Part shown: in pieces, positions 50,999-61,314 of the stretch
Position numbering within the stretch: position 1 is the first letter of the stretch
Layout: each line of letters opens with the position of its first letter
Sequence record: CP080654.1
DNA: 64,000 bases
Strand: one strand, 5' to 3'
DNA from: a plasmid
Notes under the pieces: generated by a model
Database searches by the model: none
What the model was told of the DNA's origin: nothing
Seen by the model: the letters and a program-made list of their open reading frames with translations, nothing else
Position numbers and translations under genes: made by a program

Positions 50999-51583
50999 TC
51001 AATTAAGGCGAGGCTGTCCCCACGCCGATGGTTTTACGACAAAAAGAACCGTTGCTGGCTGGTGATATACATCATCTGAGTCCACATACGGCGCTATCCA
51101 CAATGACGTTGTCTCCTCCCCTTTTCTTAATGGACGAGGATAATTACCTGGCGGTGTTGACGGTGACGTAAACGTTGACGCCACTACTGGTAAAGACATT
51201 TTCACTACCGGCAAAGACTGGAGCCTTTTCTCGGTTTCGAAATATGTTGCCTCATTCTTTGCCGTTGGATTATTTAGGTACACTGCACGTGCTCGATCTT
51301 TCTCCGCGGCCACTCTGGCCTGGGTCAGGTTGGACTGTGGCGGCAACGGGTACGAATTCACTGACGTGGTTCTGAAATTACCCTCAGCCAGTTGTGGCAA
51401 CCCGGCCGCAGCCGGCTTTGCATCACTGCGTTCCTCTTTCAGCTTCGCTTTTTCATTTGCCTGCTCCATCGTCATACAGGTATCCGACGTCGTGGCATTA
51501 CATTGAAATTCAGTCTCTGTGCCCGCGCACCCGGTTAAGAGCAAAGCGCCGCCCAGAGGAATTAACAGCATTAATTCCTTCAT
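50999..51583 (-). CDS. traV: Outer-membrane lipoprotein TraV (194 aa)
   Basis: Lipobox LLTGC, ..AGTETEFQCNATTSDTCMTMEQANEKAK.. matches F TraV. Confidence 0.88.
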   Translation of the reverse strand: MKELMLLIPLGGALLLTGCAGTETEFQCNATTSDTCMTMEQANEKAKLKEERSDAKPAAAGLPQLAEGNFRTTSVNSYPLPPQSNLTQARVAAEKDRARAVYLNNPTAKNEATYFETEKRLQSLPVVKMSLPVVASTFTSPSTPPGNYPRPLRKGEETTSLWIAPYVDSDDVYHQPATVLFVVKPSAWGQPRLN

Positions 51584-51696
51584 GATATTTCTCGCTATTT
51601 ATCGGTTATTTTTCAGGTTCATCCTGATTGGGTTATTTGCCTTAATTGCCCGGTGTAATTACCCTCAGCGCTGACAGGGCAGCCGTAATAAGAGAC

Positions 51697-53121
51697 TTAG
51701 CCATTATTTTCCCCCTGCGGCGCTGCGCCCGGAGAGAACTCCCGCGGATCAAGTTTGCCCAGCTTCTTCAGCATCTCGTCAGTATTGAATCCGTTCATAC
51801 CGCCGCCTGACTGATGATGGGCATCAGCCTGCGGTGCCGGCCCCGCCTCCTGATTCTGAGCCTGCTGTTGCCCGTTCTTTTCCGCTTCCAGCTCTTCAAT
51901 CGTTTTCAGCTGGAATCCATCCTGGAACACGACAGTCACTTCGTTGCCGGCACCAATCGGAATGACCGGGTGATACTGCTCGGCCCTTTTGATGTAGTAC
52001 TCGCTCAGCGTCTGCGCAGCTTTAGATGCACCACCGCCGACCCCCATTTTCAGAACGTCACCGGCGCCAACAGATGCGGTTGCCCCCAGGCCAACAGCCG
52101 GCTGTGAAGCCCGTTCCATGCCCTGACCAATCCCGTCAACAAAACCGGCCCCCCATGCCCAGCCGAGGATTTTTCCGTTACGCATCACCACCTCTCCCTT
52201 AACCCCGTTTTTCCCCATAAAGGAAATGTGGCCGTTAATGGGCTGATCGATGGTTTTATCACCTTTGATACAGCTGATATTGCGGGTACGGACAATGGCG
52301 CGTTCGCTGGAGACATCGCCCCAGGCTTCAAGGCCCACAAAACACCCTGTCAGGTCGTAGGTTTTGCTGTTTGGCATTTCCACGCGACCAGTGATACGCA
52401 ACTGCATCGGTACAGTTGATTCATTCCCGGTAACAGACGCGTTGGCATCTGCCCCCTCGATAAGCATACTTTTTGCAAAGCTCCCCGACGGAATGTACGG
52501 CAATGACTTCGTTTTTTTTCCTTTGTCGTAACTGAACGTTTTACGCTGTATCTGGTTTGGTACCGGTACAGACTGGTAGCTGACCTGCGGCGGCGGTGTC
52601 ATACCATTCCCCGGATAGAATGCCGTCGGAGGCGGTACCGCGGCGCCGGTTTGCGGCGGATAACTGGCTGGCTGCGGCTCCCCTTCCGGACCGGGTGGCG
52701 GTGACGGAGGAGTCGGCGCGGGCTCGCCACCAGAGACAGCCGGTTTCACGCCCAGTGCCTTCAGCTGATTCTGCATGGCTTCATTGTCACTGCTGAGCTT
52801 GTCGATACGTATCTGGTCAGCGGTTCGCGCCTTACTCAGCAGGTCCACTTCCCCCTGCAGGGAGTCAAAACGCTTGTTGAGATCAGCGGCAGTCGCCTGC
52901 ATTTCTGTTGTCGCGTGCTGCTCCACCTTACTGTTGAAGCTGCTGTCGACCACCCCGGTCATATCCGGTGCGGGTTCGCCCTGAGCCGGGGCTTCCTCAT
53001 CAGAGCTCATGTTCAGATCTGACAGATACAGCCCGCCTCCGACTGCTGCCGCGCCGCCCGCCAGAATGAGTCCCAGCCAGATATATTGCTTACGTTTGAT
53101 CAGCGTGTTGAAGTTGGCCAT
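51697..53121 (-). CDS. traB: VirB10-like TraB (474 aa)
   Basis: Family similarity, Pro-rich linker. Confidence 0.95.
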   Translation of the reverse strand: MANFNTLIKRKQYIWLGLILAGGAAAVGGGLYLSDLNMSSDEEAPAQGEPAPDMTGVVDSSFNSKVEQHATTEMQATAADLNKRFDSLQGEVDLLSKARTADQIRIDKLSSDNEAMQNQLKALGVKPAVSGGEPAPTPPSPPPGPEGEPQPASYPPQTGAAVPPPTAFYPGNGMTPPPQVSYQSVPVPNQIQRKTFSYDKGKKTKSLPYIPSGSFAKSMLIEGADANASVTGNESTVPMQLRITGRVEMPNSKTYDLTGCFVGLEAWGDVSSERAIVRTRNISCIKGDKTIDQPINGHISFMGKNGVKGEVVMRNGKILGWAWGAGFVDGIGQGMERASQPAVGLGATASVGAGDVLKMGVGGGASKAAQTLSEYYIKRAEQYHPVIPIGAGNEVTVVFQDGFQLKTIEELEAEKNGQQQAQNQEAGPAPQADAHHQSGGGMNGFNTDEMLKKLGKLDPREFSPGAAPQGENNG

Positions 53122-53861
53122 CAGCGCTTCACTCCTTCATCTGACGTCGTGACCCAGATCTGCATGCGACCACCGGCAGTCAGCAGGCCCGCCGGGGTAC
53201 TGAACATGACGGCACGTGTTCCGGGCTGCCAGAAATCGCTTTCACGCACCATACGGGCCGACAGGGAGACATTGTCCAGACTGTAACGGACGACTTTCAG
53301 GTGGTGGCCGACCCAGACCCTGTCGGCAGTGGCGCGCAGACCAGCCGGCACCTGCAGCACTTCAGAAGTGACGGGGACAGACTGATACTCATCGGGTACG
53401 CTGCCCTGACGCACGGCGCGATTCAGCGAAACCAGTAACGATTCATAGGGGTTCGACTCTTCCCAGGCTTTTGCCGGACCGGGGGTACCCGCCAGCTCGC
53501 TGACCAGCTGAATTGTCCGGCCTGAGCCCGCACGGGGCACGGCACGAATGGAGAAGTTCAGCCCGCGTTCGGTTTCCACAATGAAGGTGAATGGTTTTTT
53601 ACTGACGGTCGCCAGAATGGCACCGCCGCTGTCGGTCTGCTCCTGGTTTGTCAGGCCACCGTCCAGGCTGTTTATCGCCGTGATGCGATCTCCAGGTACT
53701 GTGAACAGATTCGGGTCGGTGTTACTCACGGCAATATTTGCCTGACCACCATTGGTGAGGGGGACCACTGTCGGCGCCAGCGTACCGCTGAGGGTCGCGG
53801 ACATCGCGGGGGCGACCAACAGCAGACAGCCTGAAATAAATAACGGGTTAATTTTTTTCAT
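53121..53861 (-). CDS. traK: VirB9/secretin-like TraK (246 aa)
   Basis: Family similarity. Confidence 0.9.
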   Translation of the reverse strand: MKKINPLFISGCLLLVAPAMSATLSGTLAPTVVPLTNGGQANIAVSNTDPNLFTVPGDRITAINSLDGGLTNQEQTDSGGAILATVSKKPFTFIVETERGLNFSIRAVPRAGSGRTIQLVSELAGTPGPAKAWEESNPYESLLVSLNRAVRQGSVPDEYQSVPVTSEVLQVPAGLRATADRVWVGHHLKVVRYSLDNVSLSARMVRESDFWQPGTRAVMFSTPAGLLTAGGRMQIWVTTSDEGVKR

Positions 53862-54414
53862 TATTTATTTCTCCAAAACGCGCCAGCCAGCTGACACCAT
53901 CGACACGACTGAACTGAATGACATAGCTTTTAATTTCACTGTAGGGTTTGGAATCCCCAATCCACGTTTTCAGCTCACCCCGGATATCCACGCGGTTCTC
54001 TGCCGGCCAGGCACGCATCGACGTCATATAAAAGGTGGAATTAACGTTATTGTCTTTAATGCGTTTCGCATCTTCAGCCAGCTGGACCTTGAGGCTGTTC
54101 TGCGAGGCGGGTAATACATACCGGAGTAGCTGCTGATGCTGGGCATCAACCGTTTCCGGCGTGACATTCAGACGCAGGGCAACGAAGGACAGGCCCAGCT
54201 GCTCAATATAAGAGGCGTCAGCCTGGTTCTGAGACACCGCAAAGGGTGCACGGAATAACATCGGTGTCACCGCCACTTTCTGTTCCGTCTGCAGACGGTA
54301 ATTATTTATGCCCTGGATAATATTGGTCGCAAGACTGAGGGTCAGGAGTGTCCCCAGACTGATAAATCCCACAGCGATAACGCGGGTGGTATTTTGTCTG
54401 GCACCATGTTCCAT
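53848..54414 (-). CDS. traE: VirB8-like TraE (188 aa)
   Basis: Family similarity. Confidence 0.9.
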   Translation of the reverse strand: MEHGARQNTTRVIAVGFISLGTLLTLSLATNIIQGINNYRLQTEQKVAVTPMLFRAPFAVSQNQADASYIEQLGLSFVALRLNVTPETVDAQHQQLLRYVLPASQNSLKVQLAEDAKRIKDNNVNSTFYMTSMRAWPAENRVDIRGELKTWIGDSKPYSEIKSYVIQFSRVDGVSWLARFGEINNEKN

Positions 54415-54433
54415 ATGTTATTTCCCCGTTGAT

Positions 54434-54739
54434 TTATTTAATCCACTGCCGGAAACAGGAGTCCGGAACATCATGAAAGAAACCTTTAAGAAGGGAGGTT
54501 GGCAGATACCAGTAAATCAGGTCGCGTAGCCAGGAACTGCCCCGCCCTTTTTTCAGTTTCTTGATACCCCAGAAAACCAGTACCGCTGAAGCTATGCCAA
54601 AAATGAACTTGCTGGTCCAGAAACCCCAGCCGAGACAAATCACGGCCGGGATAAGTTCATCGAGATATAAGCCAAACCAGCGGGACTGGTTAGTCAGTGT
54701 TTCCGGGAAACGGTATCGCTTTAATTCGTCTCCCGTCAT
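54434..54739 (-). CDS. traL: VirB3-like TraL (about 101 aa from [15 protein letters not shown]..)
   Basis: Aligns with F TraL; listed ORF has an upstream extension. Confidence 0.8.
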   Translation of the reverse strand: MTGDELKRYRFPETLTNQSRWFGLYLDELIPAVICLGWGFWTSKFIFGIASAVLVFWGIKKLKKGRGSSWLRDLIYWYLPTSLLKGFFHDVPDSCFRQWIK

Positions 54740-54752
54740 CACGTGCTTCCTG

Positions 54753-55121
54753 TCAGTAACCGGCGACCGACATACCGATGGTGATAAAGGTGGAAATAAT
54801 CGCGAAGCCAAACAGGAACTTCACGTTTTTGGTCATCATGTACATGATGCCGCCGGCGACAACTTCTGCCAGAACCACCCATTTGACGACACTGGACTGC
54901 TTACCAAACGTGCCTTTAACGGTCGCATCCCCGGACTTCATCAGGTCGGTTGCCGTGGTGGTGGCCATCGCAGCATCCGGGAAGAACGCCGCCACAGCAG
55001 CAACCGGCAGCGCAACTTTAGCGACTTTCAGGGCTTTCTTTTTATTGAAAACGCGAGACAGAAAAGACGGTTTGGTTTTTTCAGGGACAGCAGAGCCCTG
55101 AACACTTAATACAGCATTCAT
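54753..55121 (-). CDS. traA: Propilin TraA (122 aa)
   Basis: Leader plus mature F-type pilin (..[27 protein letters not shown]..). Confidence 0.95.
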   Translation of the reverse strand: MNAVLSVQGSAVPEKTKPSFLSRVFNKKKALKVAKVALPVAAVAAFFPDAAMATTTATDLMKSGDATVKGTFGKQSSVVKWVVLAEVVAGGIMYMMTKNVKFLFGFAIISTFITIGMSVAGY

Positions 55122-55174
55122 ATTTATTTCCTTTTAAATAGATAATGTTTAAATGGTAATACCTTCGGGACTAC

Positions 55175-55561
55175 TTATGTTTCAGATTCAGACCTCCTTA
55201 TCACTTCGACTTCAGAGCTATAAAAATCAGGAAATTCCAACAGATGCGCTTTAAGGCGAAGGTAAACTTCGAGCGATTTCGAGCGTCCACTTCTGTTTTT
55301 TGCCTTAATTAACATTTTGTTAGTTTGTTCATCAAACCGAAGAAATAACCGTTTTTCTCGTTTTTCTTCAGCACAGTAAATTTTCTGAACATCGTAAAAA
55401 TCAGGAAACTTCCTTAGATGATCATCAACACGCAGTTGAACTTCCGTGCCTTTAACTCGACCACTCCTGCGTATTGCTAATGTCAGATGCTGATAAGTTT
55501 CATCGTCACAGGTAAAAACAACTGCACTACCTGCAGCAGGACGATTAACAAGTCGTTTCAC
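55175..55561 (-). CDS. traY: Relaxosome accessory protein TraY (128 aa, tandem ribbon-helix-helix)
   Basis: Internal duplication (..RFDEQTNKMLIKAKNRSGRSKS.. / ..LAIRRSGRVKG..). Confidence 0.85.
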   Translation of the reverse strand: MKRLVNRPAAGSAVVFTCDDETYQHLTLAIRRSGRVKGTEVQLRVDDHLRKFPDFYDVQKIYCAEEKREKRLFLRFDEQTNKMLIKAKNRSGRSKSLEVYLRLKAHLLEFPDFYSSEVEVIRRSESET

Positions 55562-55639
55562 CTTAACCCCTCCTGGAAAAAGCTAAAAGAATTGTTCTCC
55601 ATTTTCCAATAAAAGGCAATGGTGAAAATGTCATCGATT

Positions 55640-56326
55640 TTATAACAATCTGTTAACATGCCGAGTGATAATATCCCTGACATTTTTCATTACCGGTTCC
55701 AACAGCTCACTTAGATGAAGAACGATGAAGGCATCATCACGACTACTAATATTAAGCTTGGTTAGTATTTGACTGCTTTTATTTCTGGAAGATCCGTTTT
55801 CCAGTCCAAGAAACTGCCCCATAATCTTGTGACTTGCACCGCCTGCATAAAACCCAAAAAAATCATACTCACTTTTATCAAGCCTTTTGACAGCCCTCAT
55901 AAAATTAACGACATCCGCATGCAGGGGAAGAGATCTTGTTATTCTTTTAATGGAGTTTGATGCCCTTCCAAACTTCCATAAAAAGTGGACAGCACCATCA
56001 CTGACAAATTCCTCGATCATAAAATCAAATTGCTTTCCATTGATATAAATACATCTTTCAATATGGAAGTTAGATTGTTCAATTTGAATCAGTAGTTCTA
56101 ACTCTCGAAGTCCAAGAAAGGTGTCAGTACCAATCAGTTCCTCCCAACTTCGTTCGGACTGCAAAGCGCCCCCGAACTCATACAAAAATGCTGAATTGAA
56201 TGCCGGAAATTCTCCTGACTGATTATGAATACAAACCGGGAAAGAATAGTGCATGATGAGCGCCTCAAGAGAAGAAGCGAGGGATTGACGGCAGGTGTCT
56301 TTTTCATTACGATCCATCGGATACAT
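55640..56326 (-). CDS. traJ: tra operon activator TraJ (about 228 aa from MYPMDR..)
   Basis: MYPMDR start as in F TraJ; C-terminal LuxR-type HTH; position. Confidence 0.8.
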   Translation of the reverse strand: MYPMDRNEKDTCRQSLASSLEALIMHYSFPVCIHNQSGEFPAFNSAFLYEFGGALQSERSWEELIGTDTFLGLRELELLIQIEQSNFHIERCIYINGKQFDFMIEEFVSDGAVHFLWKFGRASNSIKRITRSLPLHADVVNFMRAVKRLDKSEYDFFGFYAGGASHKIMGQFLGLENGSSRNKSSQILTKLNISSRDDAFIVLHLSELLEPVMKNVRDIITRHVNRLL

Positions 56327-56410
56327 AGAGGCCTCCTTGTTAGGTCTACTATGGGCAGTAGGTATGAGAAGGTGAATGCTTCTCATACCTGCGAAACTCA
56401 AATTTTCACT
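56315..56410 (+). ncRNA. finP: Predicted FinP antisense RNA region opposite the traJ leader (coordinates approximate)
   Basis: Strong hairpin gcag(ta)ggtatgagaag-gtgaatg-cttctcatacctgc at 56355-56392 overlapping the traJ RBS region; architecture inference. Confidence 0.35.
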
Positions 56411-56499
56411 TACTATTTGAAAAAATAATAATGCATTTATAATTACATGTCATCTATAAAAGACCGAGTTTTATTCTTTTTATACCCTGTGCATCAGCA

Positions 56500-56901
56500 T
56501 TAATCATTAGTATTATTTACCTCATCCTCTTCAGGGAAATACATACGCATAACTTCCTGCACGTCTTCCTGAATATTCTGAATGATCCCTTTCCATTGCC
56601 ATCGAGGGTCATCCTTTACATGGGGACTGAGGCATTCAATACCCAAAACTTTATTCATAGAAAACTGTGTTTTAACTACATATTCGAATAAAGCCTTATT
56701 GAATGCCATCTGATTGAAACCAGACTCCTTACGTTCCATTTGAGCTTCATACACACGAAGCCCAAGCTCAATGAGCATCGAACTGATACTTGAAAAATTC
56801 ACATCCTTGTCCTTAGCACCGCCAGCACGACGCTGCTCAATGATTGCATTGATTTTCTCAACAACCTGATCACTTATATAAACCTGCACTCTTGGCATAG
56901 C
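56500..56901 (-). CDS. traM: Relaxosome protein TraM (about 133 aa from MPRVQVYISD..)
   Basis: ..YISDQVVEKINAIIEQRRAGGAKDKDVNFSSISSMLIELGLRVYEAQMERKESGFNQ.. closely matches TraM. Confidence 0.88.
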   Translation of the reverse strand, partial: AMPRVQVYISDQVVEKINAIIEQRRAGGAKDKDVNFSSISSMLIELGLRVYEAQMERKESGFNQMAFNKALFEYVVKTQFSMNKVLGIECLSPHVKDDPRWQWKGIIQNIQEDVQEVMRMYFPEEDEVNNTND

Positions 56902-56969
56902 AAATCCTTTCTTATTAAGAGTGAATACTAACAACACACATATAGAATTTTCGTCCAACAAACTCAAGA

Positions 56970-57300
56970 TTAGAGTCCAGACTACACTCTAGAGTCTAGA
57001 GCATAAAGTATCTCATCAAAAGGGACTACACTCTAGAGTGCAATCCCAATTATCCATCTGATTTTATAGACGATAGTCGTTATCGACTCTAAAAAGACTC
57101 TATCCAGACTCTATTTAGAGTCTGGATAGAGTCTGTTTATACTTTCTAAATGAAAGAAACAGAAAGTTCACTCACATAAGCTCATAATTTAAAGGATAAA
57201 TCTGCAAAATTTTAATTTTGCGTGGGGTGTGGTGATTTTGTGGTGAGGAGTGCATATATGTTGAGTCTCGGTCTTGGATGGGTTAAGGTTATTCCGGGAT
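56970..57300. other. oriT: Origin of transfer (oriT) with F-type nic sequence gtggggtgt^ggtg (nic predicted between 57230 and 57231 on the + strand, so the + strand is transferred 5'->3' toward higher coordinates)
   Basis: ttttgcgtggggtgtggtgattttgtggtgag matches the F nic region; TraM-site palindromes nearby. Confidence 0.75.
57096..57133. repeat. Perfect 38-bp palindrome (gactctatccagactcta-tt-tagagtctggatagagtc); candidate TraM binding site in oriT
   Basis: Read directly; additional related half-sites (actctagagtctagagc, ctacactctagagtg) at 56985-57043. Confidence 0.6.
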
Positions 57301-57319
57301 TTGGCACGGAGGGGAATTC

Positions 57320-57805
57320 ATGAAGGGAGTAGCGTTTGGTATCATCCTGTCTTTAATACCATTGTCATCAATGGCAGCAGACTGCTTTGATATGGCTGGC
57401 AGGGATTACAAAATTGATCCGGATCTCCTGCGTGCTATATCATGGCAAGAATCACGATTTAAAATTGATGCGATTGGGCGTAATCCTGTTACGGGTTATG
57501 GATCAGGCTTGATGCAAATTGACTCGCAGCATTTCAACGAACTGTCGCGATATGGAATAAAACCGGATCATCTTCTTAGCGATGCTTGTCTTAACATCTA
57601 CACCGGAGCCTATTATCTGGCTCAGGCGTTTAAAAAGTGGGGCGTTTCGTGGGATGCAGTCGGGGCATACAATGCAGGCTTCAAAAAGACCCCGCGCCAG
57701 GCAGCAAGACGTTACGAGTATGCGAAGAAGATCCATTACTACTACACGGCTATCAAAGCAAGCAAACGAACTTCTTCTAAAGATCAGAAAATCGCCATGA
57801 ACTAA
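57320..57805 (+). CDS. Lytic transglycosylase (gene X / orf169 / P19 family, 161 aa)
   Basis: ..[55 protein letters not shown].. closely matches F Orf169. Confidence 0.85.
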   Translation: MKGVAFGIILSLIPLSSMAADCFDMAGRDYKIDPDLLRAISWQESRFKIDAIGRNPVTGYGSGLMQIDSQHFNELSRYGIKPDHLLSDACLNIYTGAYYLAQAFKKWGVSWDAVGAYNAGFKKTPRQAARRYEYAKKIHYYYTAIKASKRTSSKDQKIAMN

Positions 57806-57837
57806 AAAGCCTTCTGATATAAGAAGGCTTGAATTTC

Positions 57838-58170
57838 TTAAAAATCTACGGCATCTATACCTGGATAATAATCGGCATCACTATCAAAATGAAAAAGCAG
57901 ATACCCGCCCTCCCGGTGCATTAGTATGAGATTTTTGCGTAAAAATTTTGACACCCCACCTCTTTTTAGCGCCAGAAGATGGCGTTTGAAATCATACATC
58001 CTTATAACACAACCATAAGGTGTATCATGTATCCACTCTAAGTAACTATCGCAAGTTAGATAATTGGTTGTTGATGAAAGCACCTGAAGAACTCTGATAT
58101 CACCTTCTTCCATATGTGAAATACTGATACAGACAGCTTTAAATTCAAACATAAGTATTCCCACCATCAA
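57838..58170 (-). CDS. Hypothetical 110-aa leading-region protein
   Basis: ORF only. Confidence 0.35.
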   Translation of the reverse strand: MMVGILMFEFKAVCISISHMEEGDIRVLQVLSSTTNYLTCDSYLEWIHDTPYGCVIRMYDFKRHLLALKRGGVSKFLRKNLILMHREGGYLLFHFDSDADYYPGIDAVDF

Positions 58171-58199
58171 AACGCCGGACAGCTGCCCGGCGCTTATAA

Positions 58200-59021
58200 T
58201 TAGCCTTTAAGAGTGCGGAATTTCTCCGCAATTAACCACAATGCCTTATTGAGTTTGACATCACCATCAATTGCTTTTACTGGCCGGGTTGTTGTTCTTT
58301 TCCCTTTTTCAGTTCGGCCAGGCAAACCGCCTTTAATCAGATTTTCCTGGACCCTTTGATATGTAGTCCAGATGTCATATTTTTTATCTTCATAACGGCG
58401 CGGATGAATTATCTGTTCAATACTGACCGGAGATTTATTTTCATCTTCATATCGGTAGGTTAATGCAGCTTGTCCAAACAGACGCTGTTCTTCCTTGGTT
58501 AAGGCAATAGACTTCATGACATCAACGCCTTCAGTTATTTTATCGAAAATTCCCAGAACTTCGTAAGCACCTTCGATAACCCTTCCCACAATATCACCTT
58601 TATGAGGTACACGAATCTCACCAAACGACGTACCGCACACAAGGCCATTTGTGCATACAAAACGGAACATACCCGGGATCATTTGATAACTGGACGATCC
58701 ATCATGCGAGTTAAGAAGAATGATTTCGGGTACTTCTGTTCCTTTATTGGCCCCTTCACGGCGAAGTCTTACCATATGCTTAGTATGCCCCCGTTTATCC
58801 TCATCCCTTACTCGTGACTGACAGGCAAAAAATGGCTGGAAACCTTCTTCACGTAATTTATCCAGCAGTGTAATGGTTGGAATATAGGTATAGCGATCAC
58901 TACGTGAATTATGCTTTTCTTCTGAAAACACAGAAGGTACAACCTTGACTAATTCATCGTTAGTCAGTGGGCGTTCCTGACGAATGGAATGAGTAAGTCC
59001 AAATCGGGATGCTAAACGCAT
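58200..59021 (-). CDS. DUF932-family leading-region protein (273 aa from MRLASRFGL..). The listed 425-aa ORF is an artefactual read-through of the upstream repeat
   Basis: Domain-typical length and composition; start placed at the first Met after the repeat element. Confidence 0.65.
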   Translation of the reverse strand: MRLASRFGLTHSIRQERPLTNDELVKVVPSVFSEEKHNSRSDRYTYIPTITLLDKLREEGFQPFFACQSRVRDEDKRGHTKHMVRLRREGANKGTEVPEIILLNSHDGSSSYQMIPGMFRFVCTNGLVCGTSFGEIRVPHKGDIVGRVIEGAYEVLGIFDKITEGVDVMKSIALTKEEQRLFGQAALTYRYEDENKSPVSIEQIIHPRRYEDKKYDIWTTYQRVQENLIKGGLPGRTEKGKRTTTRPVKAIDGDVKLNKALWLIAEKFRTLKG

Positions 59022-59048
59022 TTTTTTCTCCTTAATTAGATCTGAATT

Positions 59049-59636
59049 TTTTAAACCATCACCCGTTGAGTTGCCGGGGCCGCGGTTTTGACTTTGTGCG
59101 GGGACCTGCTGAACCTGCCCCCTGGATATAACCTTCACCCGTTTGAGAGCCGTTCGCCGCGAGGGCGTAAACGAGCACGGCCCGGTGCAGATGTCCGGGG
59201 GTGAGCGGGAAATTTTTTTCGGTCTAATGAAGCGGCAGCGGAATGGCCGGGAAAAATTTATTGCGAAAGGCTCTGCCGTCCCCTGGACAGCAAGACGGGT
59301 TGTGCTTGTCTCAGCCCCGGCGAATGGACTCAAACGGGTGATACGGCGCCAGGGGAAAGGAGCAGGCACCCGCCGCAACGACGAAGAGCGCGGGCGCGAA
59401 ACGGCGTTGCCCTGCAGAGTGCCGGCAGCTTTATCGCCGGCACGGTGAAAGCGGCGCGACCGGAACGGTCGCAGCAAGCGCTGCTGTTGACCCTGACCTC
59501 AGACATCAGACACTAGCCGTCAGGCCCGAAACCGCGTAGCGGGTTCGGCGGAGCTTACCGCGTCTTTTCGCGGTTAGCGGAGTGTGGCTCGACGACCGGA
59601 CAGCGCAGCTGGCCGGGAGCCGAAGGTGTCCAGTAT
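59049..59636. repeat. Copy 1 of a 586-588-bp direct repeat (Frpo/ssi-like single-strand promoter candidate) immediately upstream of the DUF932 gene
   Basis: Near-identical to 61755-62340; GC-rich with extensive secondary-structure potential. Confidence 0.7.
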
Positions 59637-59841
59637 GGGTGTGCTTTTAAAGCCTTTAAGGGTTAAAAAGAGACATCACAGCAGAAAGAAGAAGAGAAAG
59701 CAGGAAGACAGGGGGCAGCAAACAGGGAAAACGCGGAAAGGAAATACGGGCGGCGCGTGAGCGCGGCCCGGTTTTCCCGGCGACGCAGGCGCGCGGCCTT
59801 TTAGCGCAGTCGGGCAGGTGATCCCCTGCCCTTTCGGTTAT

Positions 59842-60675
59842 TTACGCGGCCTCCTGTATTCCGCGCAAAAAGTCCCGCATGGCCCTGAACCGGCGAAGAT
59901 CTGCCAGTCGCTTTTCAAAGGCATTCAGGTAGTAAACCGGGGTATACCTCACCCGCCGGTACTGCATCGTGAGCGTGTTACCCGTCACCACTTCCGCCGC
60001 TATCCCCAGCAGTGACAGCTGGATGAAGGCCATATCTGCCGCTACCGGATCGATGTCAATGCAGCTGCCGAACATGTGCATTGAGGGGTTGATATCGGCT
60101 TCAAGCAGGCACTCTGCATAGGCGATCAGCATCCCGGCAGCCCCACACGCCGGATCGCTGACTGTGGCAATCCCTTCCCGGCGGATAGTGTCTCTGACAC
60201 CTGGCATTAGCATCCGCGCCATCAGACACTGCACTGAATACGGGGTAAAATACTGCCCGCGAAAATTATCGCCCAGCTCCAGCTCCATAAAAATAGCGCC
60301 GAGGAAATCATGAAATTTCGCCTCCAGCGCACACACCATCAGGCAGAACATTTCCTGCATGTTCGCGATGTCGGTGGCCCCGTACCGGGCGCAGATTTTC
60401 CGGCAGTTCTCCATGCTCTCCGGCGTTCGTATCCGGGCCATATCCAGCTCGCTGGCGGCAAGCGACAGAAAATCACTGAACACTTCCCAGCGCCCCAGAT
60501 GGCGGCCCGTATCCTTAAATACGCGGATAAAACGGCTCCGGCTGTACTGCTCGCTCATCATACGCTGAACCGTGGGCACCATTTCCGCGATCTGCTGCCC
60601 TGCCTGAATGACAGGGCTGTTATCAGCGGCTTCTCTGGCCATATTGAACACATCGGCAAAACTCAGTTGTGACAT
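59842..60675 (-). CDS. HsdM/N6-adenine DNA methyltransferase-like protein (277 aa) lacking catalytic motif IV
   Basis: Motif X (GQYFTPYSV) and motif I (DPACGAAGML) present; no NPPF/DPPY follows before the stop. Confidence 0.7.
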   Translation of the reverse strand: MSQLSFADVFNMAREAADNSPVIQAGQQIAEMVPTVQRMMSEQYSRSRFIRVFKDTGRHLGRWEVFSDFLSLAASELDMARIRTPESMENCRKICARYGATDIANMQEMFCLMVCALEAKFHDFLGAIFMELELGDNFRGQYFTPYSVQCLMARMLMPGVRDTIRREGIATVSDPACGAAGMLIAYAECLLEADINPSMHMFGSCIDIDPVAADMAFIQLSLLGIAAEVVTGNTLTMQYRRVRYTPVYYLNAFEKRLADLRRFRAMRDFLRGIQEAA

Positions 60676-60966
60676 GAAACATTCTCCGGTAATGCCGCCC
60701 CCTTCAGGGGGCGGCGTTTTTCACATCACGCGAGGCCGAGGCCAGCGTAAACCGCGGTCATGAACTGCTGCCAGTACTCCAGCTTTAAAGCGGGAACGCG
60801 GGCTCGCTGACCACTGCGAAGGGCATTTACAAACGCGTTCGCCTGTGCGACGATTTGCGGGTCGAAATTCATGGTTTAATCTCCATGTTTATTTTGTGTA
60901 TGCCGGATGCAAACTTTTGCGGGTGTCACATCCGGCGTGGAATGAGCAGGCGAAAGCCTGCTTTTT

Positions 60967-61314
60967 TCATTTTTCGGTCAGGTTAAATCCCTCCTTAATG
61001 CGCGTTGTGATCTGCGCATGGCTCAGGTTACACACATCCCGCAGCCGGAAATATCTGGCTCCGTAGCGGGCATAGATCTCTGTCACGTCACCGCAAACCA
61101 TCTCCTGCAGCATGAACGTTTCCCACTCGCCGTTCTCACTCGTTGACCAGTTGAGCGGATACATCAGGCCCAGCGCGTCATGGAATGTGTGAACGTCGAT
61201 TTCTGAGGGGGCTTTTACCGCTGCTTTCTGCAGGCTCAACCAGTATTCGCGCTCTGCTTCTGCTGTAGCCAGCATTCCCGGATGGGCTGAGGATTCGGTG
61301 AGGAGTAAGTGCAT
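60967..61314 (-). CDS. Hypothetical leading-region protein (about 115 aa from MHLLLTESS..)
   Basis: ORF only. Confidence 0.4.
   Translation of the reverse strand: MHLLLTESSAHPGMLATAEAEREYWLSLQKAAVKAPSEIDVHTFHDALGLMYPLNWSTSENGEWETFMLQEMVCGDVTEIYARYGARYFRLRDVCNLSHAQITTRIKEGFNLTEK

Noticed and set aside
59022-59477. N-terminal 152 codons of the listed 425-aa ORF 58200..59477
   Set aside because: This part is a read-through of the Frpo-like repeat (the same sequence recurs at 61755-62340 in a non-coding context); the real DUF932 gene starts at MRLASRFGL (59021).
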